Positions 11,553 to 24,880 of a stretch of 64,000 nt of DNA are shown here, piece by piece. The notes under the pieces are model-generated. The model was not told the DNA's origin. It worked only from the letters and a program-made list of their open reading frames with translations, and ran no database searches. A program made the translations under genes and the position numbers. Source of the stretch: Octopus sinensis (Eukaryota); contig NC_043004.1 of assembly GCF_006345805.1 (NCBI RefSeq), forward strand, positions 16,430,001-16,494,000. The letters are read 5' to 3'. Position 1 is the first letter of the stretch; the number at the start of each line of letters is the position of its first letter.

Positions 11553-14500
11553 TCATATGTTGTGGTGTGCGCTAGTGCTCCATTCTAGTTTTCTATTCAG
11601 GCTAGGTTTATTTTCTATTATGCGTGTAGCTTCTGTAATTTGTCTAATTGTTGCATCTGTTCTATGTGTGGACAATATTTTAATTTCTATGTTATTGATT
11701 GATCCCCCGTGTTCCTGTTCGGCGTGTTGGTACAGAATCGATGAGCTTTTACCTTCCTTGAGTTGTCTCCAATGCTCATTTACCCGCTCTCCTATGCTTC
11801 TTGCCGTTTCCCCTACGTATGTCGTTGTCTTGTTACTGCATCGTCCCTCTATACATCTTATACTATAGACTACATTTCTGGCTTTACAGTTTGTTTGTGG
11901 GCTAAATCTACATACATTACAGTACTTATCCGTACAGGGGGTTCTACTAAAAGGATAGGTTCTACCAATTATAGATTTGATAGGGTTGCCTGGCTTTTCA
12001 ACAACCTTAATTCTTAGCTTAAGTTTGTCTAGGGTCCTTCTAAAGCGGTATGCCAGTTCACCTCTAGGGGTGGTGTCAATGAACATGACACTCTGGTATT
12101 TATTGCGATCATACCGAGAGTTGGCCTTCCCTATTTTCTTTTTTGTCCTTTCTATAGTGTTCCATGACTTGTTCCTATAGAGTGGGCAAATCCCATTCCT
12201 ATCATTACATAATACATTATCAAATTTCTTCATGGCTCCTTTGTATACTCTGATCCTTTCTTTATGGCTGTAACCTGAGAACTGCATGCGGTGAATGAAA
12301 TATTGTATGTGTCTCTTTAACTCTGTGGACTCGCACATGCATGACACATTTCTCATTATTCTGACGCGGTCTGCCATCAAAATATTGAATTTGGCATTGT
12401 CCGTAATGGCTGAGTTCCGGTGGATCAAGTATTTTGAGGCCATAGGTTTGGCATAGTATGGATGAAGGATTTGGGTTTTATTATTCACAATTTCTAGCCA
12501 GAGTTCAGTGTCTATTACTGGTAGTCTATGGTTGGGGTGTTTATTGGAGTAGTCTATTGTGACCTTAATACTCTCGTGGATGGAGTTAGCTATTTGCTGG
12601 ATGCTCTCCATAGTATTAGTTTCTATTACTATATCAACATTACTCTCTTGTGGGGGTGCCTTTACCACTATGTTGATATCATCAACATAGCGAGAGTACA
12701 TGTTTACGAGTATGGAGTTCTGTGTTAGGCGTTCTTTAAGCCTTCTGTCTCACCATACCATGAAAAGGTTGGCCACATCACCAGCGATACTAACGCCGAT
12801 GGCTGCCCCCACCTCCTGGGCATATATTTTATTATTAAACTTAAATGTGTGGCCTTTTAGGGTAACTCTTATACTAGCTCCTAGTGCATGTGCGATCATT
12901 TTCTTTACCTGATGGACATTTGCGGGGCTCCGTATGGCTCTGGTCCATCCGCGCCATCTTTCTATATGTGTCTTCCTAGCCATAGAAGTAATTGTGGGCG
13001 GTCTACCTCTTAAAAATCTACTGGGGCAGAAACTACTAAGATTATGTTTAACTAAGTATTCATTATTACATGTCAGTCTAAGTAGGAGGCCCAGTTCTTC
13101 TGTGTTGACATTACGGAACTCCACCTGGCTCTCATTGATCATCTCCACGCACTTCTCCACCGAAAATCTACGTCGATCGATGGATATAGGGATACCACAT
13201 CCATGCTACCCACCATACATCCTGTCAGGTCACAAGTGTTGTTACAGTCATTGATCCTGCTGAGGAGATTTTCAGTGCTGTCACAAACATCAGGTGACAT
13301 CTGGATTATAGGGCGTATGATCATTGAGAGGAAGTAGGAGATTATGTAATTGCTAGCGATTTTCGCTCCACAGACTGGTCTTGTTGGTGGTCCTGCTATA
13401 TGGTCAGTAATTACTTTATGGTCCTTGCGAAGTCCATACAGTGCCGGGATATCATTGTTCCAGGCTTGGAAATTATTTGCTGTACGTTTCTGGGGTCCCA
13501 GAACAATTGTCCACATCATCATGTGGGCGTTGAGGACCTTTTCTCTCTCCTCATGCGCCTGTACAGTTGTTATTTTTGTATTGGCGATATGAGGTTGTAT
13601 TGCCTGGATGTAGTTCGGTAAGCTGTCTATTGACATCCTGCCGGACTTATCAGTGGGAAGGCATACCACCTCTCCGTTCCTCGTGCGCTGAATGAACTTA
13701 TGTAGGCCACATGCAGGTTTAATCTCGAGTTGTTGGGCCTCTGTCTTATTCCGTCTCTGTCTCTTAGTGTATAATCCTAAAATCTGTCTACGTTTGGTCC
13801 TAGCTATAGTAAACTGTGCTTCCATATGGCCATTAGTATGTCTTGGATGTAGACTCTTTTGTTGAAGGGTAATGTTGTTGGATATATCCGGCTCATGCAG
13901 TAAGTTTTGTCACATACGTTGAAGAATTGAGTGTCAAAGGGGTGGGTATACATGTCAATGGTCTTTCTAGGGTTATCTTCATTATCGTTACTGTTTCCAT
14001 CATCAGCCTCCCTATTATTATTATCACCATTACCACTACTACTATTATTACTATTACCACCACAACTATCACTACTACCATCATTACTGCTTCTACTGTT
14101 ACCACCACCACTATTACTACCACTATTATTGTTATTACCGTTATTCCTACCATTATTGCTATCATTCTGATTATCGCTAGTGATATTTTCATTGTTCCTG
14201 TTTCTGGTGTATGTGTTGTTCATATTAGTGTTGGGTTTTATGTCTGTCTGTTGGTCCCTGTCTTTCCCTCTGTTGTGGTTGTTATTTTTGTTCCTACGAG
14301 TATTGTTATATGTTTCAAGTCTACTGACTCCCTGTCCAAGGATTCTGTTGCATTCAACTTTATTTTCCATCGTGACCCCCATAACACCACTTTTATTTGT
14401 GTCTTTGTGACTATGGTTATCTGTGTGTGTGTTTGTGTGTCGGTTCTCCCTATAATTGTTGTTGTTGTTGCTGCTGTTGTATACAATTTTTTCTCTCTCT

Positions 14501-14680
14501 GTTTATGTTTTTGTATTTGTATCTATTGTTTGTATCTATGCATTCATTTTTTCTATTGTTGTTGTTGTTGCCGCTGTTAGGGTTCGTGTTGCTTTTGTTG
14601 CTACGGTTGTTATTGCTGCGGTCGTTATTGTTTGTGTTGTTGTTACTGCGGTTAGTGTTTTTCGCGTTGTTGTTGTTGTT
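11553..14680 (-). pseudogene. PLE polyprotein (Asn-rich N-terminus, reverse transcriptase, Cys-rich linker, GIY-YIG endonuclease), disrupted
   Basis: Motifs LPTDKSG, LYGLRKDHK, TRPVCG, GSMDVVSLYPSI, GAAIG..IAGDVANLFM, YSRYVDD, CX4CX2C, NVVYSIRC..C...YVGETARSIGERVNEH, HX4H. Frameshifts near 13840 and 13160 and an in-frame TGA at 12750-12752. Confidence 0.92.
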
Positions 14681-14848
14681 GTATATAAACAGAAGATACA
14701 AATATTACAGGCATCTCCCCACATACACACACTAAATAAACTAGACGCACATAGAGATATACGCATGCGCAAATGAAGACATACAATAGAAATACAAAAT
14801 GGCTGACGGTTCGTAAGGAGAGACACAAATAAGAAAGAAGAAAACAAA

Positions 14849-14893
14849 GGACCACTGATGCGGTCACAGGAGTGTGACGAAAGAACTCTGTCC
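14849..14893 (+). ncRNA. Second copy of the HHR-like motif, in the inverted 5' pseudo-LTR
   Basis: Same core as 11109-11153, opposite strand. Confidence 0.55.
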
Positions 14894-15069
14894 GAAATAA
14901 GATTAAGATTAATGTAAAAAATAAATAACACTGAAGCAAAATAACACCAAATATATAGTGCGTGTGTTTTTATTGGCTAAACTGGTAATATGACCATTCC
15001 GAAATATAACAATATCTGTTTCAACACACGACTTCACATAAAAAATCTTGCTCAACAAATATTTAAACG

Positions 15070-15122
<53 letters not shown>

Positions 15123-18100
15123 GTAATGTATATAGATAATCACACTTATTAAAATTTGTCTGTGCGTATGTGGTTCTGCTTACTTTTTTAGTGCGTGCGC
15201 CCGCACGCATGTATGTAACCATCAATGTCCTCAAATCTCACTATTTATATGCATTCATGCCAACAAAATTAAGTAGCTGGCTGTCATCATAAAAGAAACA
15301 AAATATATTCATATGCACAAACTCAAAAACTTCACATTCGTATATACATACATTCATACAAACATACATAAATAGCCTTATGTGTGTGCGTATAGATGAG
15401 CCTCTGAGACACCGGCACATAAAATTATGTGTCATTTGAAGTAGGCCAAGTATTGATATTTTGTTATGTCTGTAAAACATTTCCATGGTCAGTAGGTTGC
15501 TGAAAGTTGTCATAAGTAATTGTTGTCTGAACACCGAATTAACATTCCACACAATGCTGTTTCTATATATCTCCTAACATCCATTTCAAGAATTTATCAC
15601 TAATGCCTGCTGTGTCAGTGATAACATGCATTCATGTTCTGTTATTTTCGCTCTAAAAATAACTTTAATATGTCGGGTTTCATATAAAGAATTACCACTA
15701 TGTTCTCTAGTAACCAGAAAATGTACACAATACTAAATCATTTCTATCTTGAATCGGACCTGTAAGTTATTCTAATCATCAATTTCTAACTTAGGAACAA
15801 GGCGTCGTAATTGATAGAGTTAGAACAGCCATTTTATCGAACCTGGTATTTGATTGGCATTTCATTTATCGATCTCGGCGGGATTTAATCTCAAAACTGA
15901 AAGGAAAATTTCCAAATACCGCAAGGAATTTTATCTGCCCCTTAATCAATTATTCCAAAAAATACATTTTCTATCTCTTCATGTATAACAAAAATGTGCT
16001 GTCCATTTTCTGACATATTCTTTTCTGTCTTGTAATTTCATCATAAATATTTTTTGTTATTTTGATGTTATTGTATGGATCTTCGGTGGATAATTTATGC
16101 ACAAAGCAAATAATCTTACTAAATGGCATGCACTTTAATACCGTACCATCGGTTCCACACATCAAACTTCAGGTCTCTCTGGTAATATAAGAAATATTAC
16201 CTTAAAACACCCAGTCATGTTTCATAACCCCTAAATATCAATATGAGGTCGTTCTTAAAAACTATTTCCCACTTATACAAAGCAAATTTTCATTCTATCA
16301 CGTTTTATTATCTCAGGACATATTGGATAACGAGAGTCTAGTGCTATTCGAAATACAACAAACAGATGTTAACAACAGAATGCTTTTCAAAGTATACTTG
16401 ATCAGGAATGATCTGGTCCTACCGTATAACATCAACAGCAGAAACCACATCAGATGCAGGTGAATACTAATACACTGACTAATTGAGAGACTACAAGTTC
16501 CAGTTGTCACCCATCACCACACACGATTCGTTTACTGTAAGTCAAATTGTTAAGCGTGGGATTACTCGATTCCCATTATCTCTCACTGAATATATATTTA
16601 TCATCTATTAAGATACGAATTTTAGCATTCATTTATTTAGTATTGTATTGTGGACGGAGGATTGTCCTCATTTACTGAGATATCCAGTAGAAATATATCA
16701 AAATAATAGAGTATTCTTAGTGCAGATCATGTAGAGTTTGAACTCTTAAGATTTACAATCAAGCGAAACAAGAATTACAGAAATTACTCGAGGACAGAGG
16801 GTCAAATGAGAGTTATTGAAATACTTTAAAGATTTCTGTAACATACGAAGGTTATGCTTTTCAGATACATGCTCAAAAGCAGATGTTTTACTCGCGGTAC
16901 GAAATAAACAAATCTAATAATGCTTCCGAATATGAATTAAGGAATTTATATATAGGTATATATATATGTGTGTGTGCTGTATGTATGTATGTATGTTTGT
17001 ATATATGTAAGTATATAGTCATTCTTTTGTATATTAACTGTTTGTAGGATATCTTAGATATCTTCAAATAGACAGGGAATAAAAAATTATTTTCGATCCA
17101 CAGACATTATTTTAATCTAATTTGTTAATATAACAATTATCTTCTAATTAGACTTGGCATTGTACATATTATTCTACGGTGGGAAAATCAATAATTAATC
17201 ACCTTCTTGTCTCTCTACTTTTATCATTGAACTCAATATCATTTTAAAACTTTCATGATTATATGACTAATGATAGCATGTGTGTCTGTCTGTGTGTACA
17301 TGTGCTCATGTATATGTGTGTACGTTGGTATGTATGTGTGCGTTCTTGTGTTAGTGCGTTTCTTGAGTCATACTTCGGGAAGACAAGTTAAGAAGATGAC
17401 GATGTATATAAATATAACAACTGTTATATACTTCAAAATTATTAGGTTTTCTACCGTTGGCATGTTATGAACACTCTTATCAAGTAGATTTATGGACATG
17501 TATTATTTTCCCTTGGTTTGCTTGTTAAATATAGCTTTTGTGGAAGGGGGCCCTGTTGCTCGTTATAATACTAAGCTCCAAACACAATAGTTACATCATG
17601 TTTTCTTTTCAATCAAGTAGATTATGATGTTATCTTGTTTTATGTCTAATGTAAATTCTCCAGTTAGATGATTTAATTGTTTCCTGCGTAGAGAAGAATG
17701 CTGCTGTATAGGATATTAGTGACTAATGGCAACTGCTTGTCTCTGGTAAGTTAATTAAAGGAAATAAAAGCTATTCCAACAATACCACACATCGATGCAC
17801 CTCATGGGGCAAGACATCAAGTACTCTCATTGCAGGTATCAAATGATAGATTCTAGATATTTGTTTCGTTACTTACTAATACGAGAATAAATTCCTGTCA
17901 GTTCTTTGTATTATAACCCAGTACAGAAACAAATTTCCTGTATTGAAGACATATTAAACATATATTAGGAAATAATCTCATTTATCAAACCTGCATATAC
18001 TTGTGCATGCGAGATATGCGTGTTTGTCTCTATGTGTGTGTAGGTGTCTCTGTGTGTGTGTGCCCGAAGTGATGAAACTGTGTTTCTATCAACGAAGAAA

Positions 18101-21100
18101 CAACTTTAAAATCTTTTTTTTTTAAATGCGGAGAGTTGAAATTTTCAGAATTTTGACATTAGAATAGGTCAAAATTTACAGAATCTCCGTAACGAAATCT
18201 GTGAGAACAGTTTCAAAATAAAGATTTGATAGCGAATATATTTCGATATTTCTTAGAGACCATCAATTATACACTATTTCTTTAATGTTCTATATTTCTT
18301 CCATATCGGTTGCTATTCTCTTGGATTCGAATCCTGATTCAGTATGTCTTTGAATTTGCCGGTGTCATAAAGTTATACAAGAAGAATATAGAAAAAAAAC
18401 TAATTTTTTAAACATGTAAGCGTGTAAAAAAAATATTTTAAAATAGCACTGGAAATGAAAACAACACCTGACAACATATAGGTCGCCTGCTGTGTCAAAT
18501 ATCATTACATCTCATAGGCTATGAAAAGAAGCTGATAAAAAAACCTTCTATAATACGATATTTCTTTAAGATATATGTACTATTGTTATACCTATAATAC
18601 ATAAAACACTTTGAAATATCACTACACATACTTACTTAAAGAAAAGAAAGCTCTATCAATATTAAAAAAAAAGTCTCGATATTTTATTTCACCACTTCAA
18701 ATTGTCTACAGCAACGTCATTGATAACTTAAGACAAGACGTCAATTAATCTGTACTAAGTGAATTTAAACAATATGGTTGGACGTTTTTAATAACCTAAA
18801 TGTATTTTATTACAAAATGTATTTCTTTTGACTGATATATTTTGGAATTACGTTAGTATTCTCCTGGCATTTCTTTATAATATCAATATAAAATAATGCA
18901 CTTTACAAAATATGTAAATGAATTCATATTTCTTTTGAAACATATTTCAGAATTTATATTTTGCGGAAGAAATATATTTTGATACTAGTAAATATTCATT
19001 TATAATAACTGGCAAATATCACATCTCTATGAATGGTTATTGTAGTTTTAGCTTTTAAACACATCTAAATAAAATTGCAACACAGCTCTTTTCTCTTCAT
19101 CGAATGCTAGAATTGTTCATCTTAGAATTTTTCACTACACGCGTGGGTACACATACAGACACACATATATATATGCACATACATACATATACATACATAT
19201 GTGTGTGTTTATATATATATTTTAAAATAAATTATGTCCATATATGTGCATACAAACGTACATGCCGAAATATACATACACTTACACATACACACATTCA
19301 TACATACATATTAAAATCCATATACAGAATTCACATCATGTTACACGATTTAAATCTTTTTGTTTTTCACAGGCATCTGCGTAACATTTAAAATGGTACT
19401 TTTCACAATATATATCAATAAACATATAAAAAGATAAGACCGCTTGTGGATTACATTTGAAAATAAATATTGAAGTTTGTGGTAAGTTTATAATATAGAC
19501 CCAATCCATTGATTTTTTTGGCTTGTACTTTCAATTTCAAAAGTCTGCGACAAACAAGACTATGTGCCCCTTCCTCACCATTAGATAAAAACAATTACCA
19601 AATATTAAATAACTGACTGAATACTGCTTCTAATTTTTTTAAGTAGCTGCACTTTATTACGAATTTATCCTTGTGTTGATTTATGAAATTACTTTTTTCG
19701 TTTTATTGATTGAACCAATTTATTCACTGACTCAATTCAGATTAACCACACTACGTATTAAATAAAGCTTTATGTCTTAGATAAGTGATCACATGTCTTT
19801 TGAAAAACATTTATTTTTTAGCTCCCCAAAAATATGAATTTGTTTTGTAATTTCTCGTTTAGTTAAACGATACTTGGAAGTATGTCATAAAATATCTCCG
19901 AAGATGCTTTAAAGAATGATAAAGTTTATTAGATTTGATGAATTAAAACAATTGCTATGATACTCTTAGGAATATCAAACTATTTTACTCAATGTCCGTT
20001 TGGAGGTCGTGATCAAAAATTCTACGTACCTTCAGCTTGGTGACTATGCAACAAATTCCAGGAAATACAACTGATATCATATTTCGCCACACACACACAC
20101 ATTCAAAATCATTGATAAATACATTCAACCAGTGAACTTAACACAACAGAAATAATTTGTTATGCTGAATTGTATTACCATAATAATTATAAAATGCGTG
20201 CATTACTCCGTTTGAATATCTTATAAGTGGATTAAGACAATATCGTTGTTATATGCGTACTGGCAATTTACCAATAAGCATAGGCATAGTAGAATTTCAG
20301 AAATATTATTTAAATTATGCTATCATTTCACACAACACGAAAACCTCTCAATCTCTTGAATAGACAACAAACACAGCAGCAGAAAACAAATCTGTCATGT
20401 GGCAACTTATTTGCTGGGCAGATCTATTTATAAATTATGAAGCTGCTATTGTAATAAAATAACTGTTTGGTTTGTTTGCTGAGTACAGTCACTGGTGTGC
20501 AATTCCGTTACATCCGATGTTTTATATTATATTTTAAGGGTAGTAATATACGCCGAGACACGTGTCATTTTGTAAAAGTGCATGACCGCATCTTGTTATG
20601 AAGGTATTAGCAGTGAGACACATTATATGCTGAAGGATATTTGGCTGCATTGACCTCATATTGATATTGACTCACTATATATTTCTCCAACCTGTAAAAT
20701 CTACATGACACGAGAACAACTTTGTATTATTAGAAGTTTCGGGAGTAGTAAAGCTAGCTTTGATTTTGATAGACTTAAAGAAATTAAAGGAAGTAAAAGA
20801 CGGACGAGAATGTGTATTTAAATACAGTAAATTTATTGAATAACTGATGTCTATGATGGGGGGAGTAAGTACATTTTTTTAATTATTTTTCAGTGACGAA
20901 ATTTTGTTTTCCTTGACATACAAACTGATTGAATTATCCAATGATGAAGATATCATTGAAGTTTAAAGTTTCAATGTAACATCTATTGAGTTAAGAATGC
21001 TGCATATAAAATACAAACCAACTCTTCTAAGATGTTATTTAGAAGGAAAAATACCCAATAAGTTTGGTGGTAGGTTATAAAATTCAGTGTGGAACGAGAC

Positions 21101-21544
21101 CTGAATATCAATACCATTTTAAATTGATGCAACGTTGCTACAGCTTAGGAAAGTAAACAAGAGATGGAAATCAGGGAATTACAATTAAACTTCCGTACAA
21201 TTAGAAATAGATAAAATCTGAATACACAACCCAGATGTAAAGAAGAAATTTACAACACGAGGCATATTGAAAAAGTATCTGACTTTAGTAAACTAATACT
21301 GCGTTGGTAAAATCGTTTGGGTGAGAGGTGACACAAGCCTTGATGCGCATGCCTAAAAATATTCGGGCCAGAAGGCTACGTCGGTTACCGACTGTTACGA
21401 TGAGAATAATGACGCGCTCGTCGGATTTTCGTTTTTACCGTACGCATAGAGCAGAGATATTGCATCAACGTTTGCCAAAAGCTTGGTCATATTCAATCTC
21501 AAAACATCCAGAACGCTCGCTTGACCTTTGACGTTGATTCTCTT

Positions 21545-21835
21545 CACTCCGTCAGTTACGACGACGAGGGTCCCAGCTGATACAATCAACGGAACAGCTT
21601 GCTCGTGAAATTAACGTGCAAGTGGTGGAGCATTCCACAGACACGTGTACCTCTAACGTAGTTCTCAGGGAGATTCAGTGTGACAGAGTGTGACAAGGCC
21701 TGCCCTTTGAAATACAGGTACAACTCATTTTTTGCCAGTTGGGTGGACTGGAGAAACGTGAAATAAAGTGTCTTGTTCAAGGACACAACGCGTCGCCGGG
21801 AATTGAACTCACGAGCTTACAATCGCAAGCCGAAT
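21545..21835 (-). mobile_element. tRNA-derived SINE, CORE-like body with tail type 1
   Basis: B-box GAGTTCAATTCCC, body TTGTGTCCTTGAACAAGACACTTTATTTCAC...CCAGTCCACCCA, and a tail shared with 58408-58797. Confidence 0.85.
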
Positions 21836-22985
21836 ATATTTGGTGTACCAGCTATGATAAAGACGAACGTGTATGAAAAATTGAAAACTCTGGTAGGACA
21901 TGCTACACTACATACTGAAGAGCAACCTTTTATTTGATTTAAATAAATCACACAGTATGCACTTCTTAGCCCTGTACCAATCTTACATACCACTTACTGC
22001 ATGCATTACATAGTCGGTAAGTTAGTATACACCACGCAACAACTACTCTACAGAATTAGCATCCAGTTGTATAACAGCTCTACTCGAAATGTAGGCTTTG
22101 TAGAAAGAGACGCTACCTACTAAATATATGATTTAAGTTGCATGACACTACATACTATATATAATTAACGTTTCTATGTTCCTTGAATGGCTCTTCTAAT
22201 ACCTAAGTGAACCGTTTCCGAGCATATTTGTAATCAAATGAAGAGCTTTATTCCACCGTCATTCCACTGCTGTCACGCAGTTAATTTGCCTCGTGAGCTC
22301 CATTAATTTACTGTTAAACAAACTCAAAAGTGTTTATTTCAGTTGTTACATTTGTTGTTGTTGTTGTTGTTTATTCTTCACGTACTTGTTGTCTCGTAAT
22401 TATTGCTGTTCCTAGATCCTTACACAAATATTTAATCTGAACGATTCTCACCTCTACATGAACTTTTCTCGTTAATGTTCGCCAATAAATTAATGAATGT
22501 TAATTATTTCTCTCAAATAAATAAATCATGATTGTTCTCTGCACTTATAACTCAACTTTGACTGAGGTTGCTGCAACGTCACCAATAGTTAACTATTTTC
22601 AGTGCAGAATAATTCGCAGCGGGGCGGCATTGGTTGGAACATGTACTACTTGGGATTATTTTCGAAATGAAAAATATTCATTTGGAGTATCATCTATTTT
22701 TCCTTCTTTAGTTTGTTTAAACTCCACTCAAAAGTAAAACCTTAGATAAATACAGCGATATTATCGATTACCATTCGTACAGAGAAGTAAAGACATGAAC
22801 TGGAAAATAATAAATGAGAAATGATGTTAATGCTACTTGTTTTTAGTTATTTTGTGTCAAAGGCAACTAAAGCCAACTTGACCGCATGAACTTCTTGTAT
22901 TGATTTATATTTTTAGCAGGAAAACACGATCTAACAAATTAACAGTTAATATGATGATGTTTAAATCTTCATGTCTATATTACGT

Positions 22986-23138
<153 letters not shown>

Positions 23139-23776
23139 ATATTTCTACTGTTATTTCTACTCTTTGCGCTCAATAATGATTGATCTTTTAATCAAGAATA
23201 GCAGTTACAGTAACAATACACCTAACTTCGAAAATAATTAAAGTGTATTCTCGACTAATTTCGCCAATGACTCACATGATGAAGTACTCTATTTTGGTAT
23301 AACTTCAATCTCATTCATAAGGCACTATTAACCTATGGCCTAGAGAAAGAAATATTTGTAGGAACAGTGGCTGCAATAAATAATATATATATATATATAT
23401 ATATAGAATGGAGCACAGTGTTGGTGTAGAGAAAAGGCTTTTGTGATAACTCAAACACTGATGATGGCAGATGTAATCAGACTTTGAATGCAAGCGTCTA
23501 AAATACATAACAAATGAAGAATAAGTTGGCTAGTGGAATCTCGGTGGCTCCAAGCAAAAGTAAATCTTAGAATATAATTTTAACAAATAAATTTAGCTGA
23601 ATCATTAACCACTTCGCTTCGCAACTTCATGACTTTTGGTTGGTTCGAATTTCAAGGGAGCACCGCGCTCTCTTGCATAGCGTGACTAATGAATTTTTAT
23701 TTAATTTCTATAATATGGGCAGCCATAGATACGCAATTAAGAAGTTCGCTTTGCAGCCACGTATCTTCAGGTTTTC

Positions 23777-23820
<44 letters not shown>

Positions 23821-23825
<5 letters not shown>

Positions 23826-24832
23826 TGCTTAGAGAAGAAGAAACGAAACGAATCGAATCGAATCGACGCGAGGGCGCTCAGTCATACAATAGTGTAATAA
23901 ATAAAATATATGCATACATACATACATATATGTACGTACCTACATTTACATGTATATATACATGCATATATAAATATATATACGTGAGTACAGGACACCA
24001 CAAATAGACGTAGAACTCAACGAGAAACGAAAACGTAAAAACAAGCCTGGAACGGACCTTTTTTTTAACAACGAAAAAACAGAGTACAAGATAAACACAC
24101 AAGGAAAAATCCCCTTCGTCAGCTGTCCCTAGTTCAACTCCAGCGTGTTTCGAAGGTGAGGACAGAACACGACTCGTCGAACTAGTCCTTCCTGCGAAAG
24201 AATTAAATAAAATTCCTTTACAGAGGGGTAAAAACAAGGAAAAAAAATAGTGACAAAAACAGGACATAAAAACAATACAATTAAAAACAATTACAAAATA
24301 AAAATACAATTACAAAAAAATACAGTACAAGAATGAATAAAAACAGGACAGGAAAACAAACAATGAGAGCCTATAAGCCTAGACGAGGGAAAATTTCACG
24401 AGCGTGGAAGAAACATGTTTACTTCAAGGAGGCCGCCAGCGAAAGGAAGATAGTCGACCCTGCTGTGAGAGAAATGAGGAGGAGTGAGAAAGAGAGAGAG
24501 AGAGATAGAGAGGAAGGAAGCCAAACAGGGTGAAAGAAAGAGAGAAGAAAGAGTTATAGAGTTTCGCGTCATAATTAGATATATAAACTTGCTTAGAGAA
24601 GAAGAAACGAAACGAAACGAAACAAAGCGAATCGAATCGAATCGATGCGAGGGCGCTCATTCATACAATAGTGTAATAAATAAAATATATACATACATAC
24701 ATATATGTACGCACCTACATCTACATGTATATAAACAGGCATATATAAATATATATACGTGAGTACAGGACACCACAAATAGACGTAGAACTCAACGAGA
24801 AACGAAAACGTAAAAACAAGCATGGAACGGAC

Positions 24833-24837
<5 letters not shown>
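23821..24837 (-). mobile_element. Non-coding partial-tandem element (~1.3 copies of a ~765 bp unit) in (TA)n; non-autonomous PLE or retrozyme-like
   Basis: Direct repeats 23821-24062 and 24585-24837. HHR-like motif on the minus strand at ~24129-24186. (TA)n on both flanks; no recognisable ORF. Confidence 0.7.

Positions 24838-24871
<34 letters not shown>

Positions 24872-24880
<9 letters not shown>

Larger units (their letters stand above)
11003..15011 (-). mobile_element. Near full-length Penelope-like element with inverted terminal pseudo-LTRs (tentatively Naiad-like)
   Basis: RT plus C-terminal GIY-YIG on the minus strand. ~320 bp near-identical inverted repeats at 11003-11322 and 14681-15011. 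Left end abuts (TA)n. Confidence 0.93.

Noticed and set aside
13927-14776. Plus-strand hydrophobic ORFs (poly-I/L/V/T)
   Set aside because: Antisense frames of the PLE Asn-rich triplet region.
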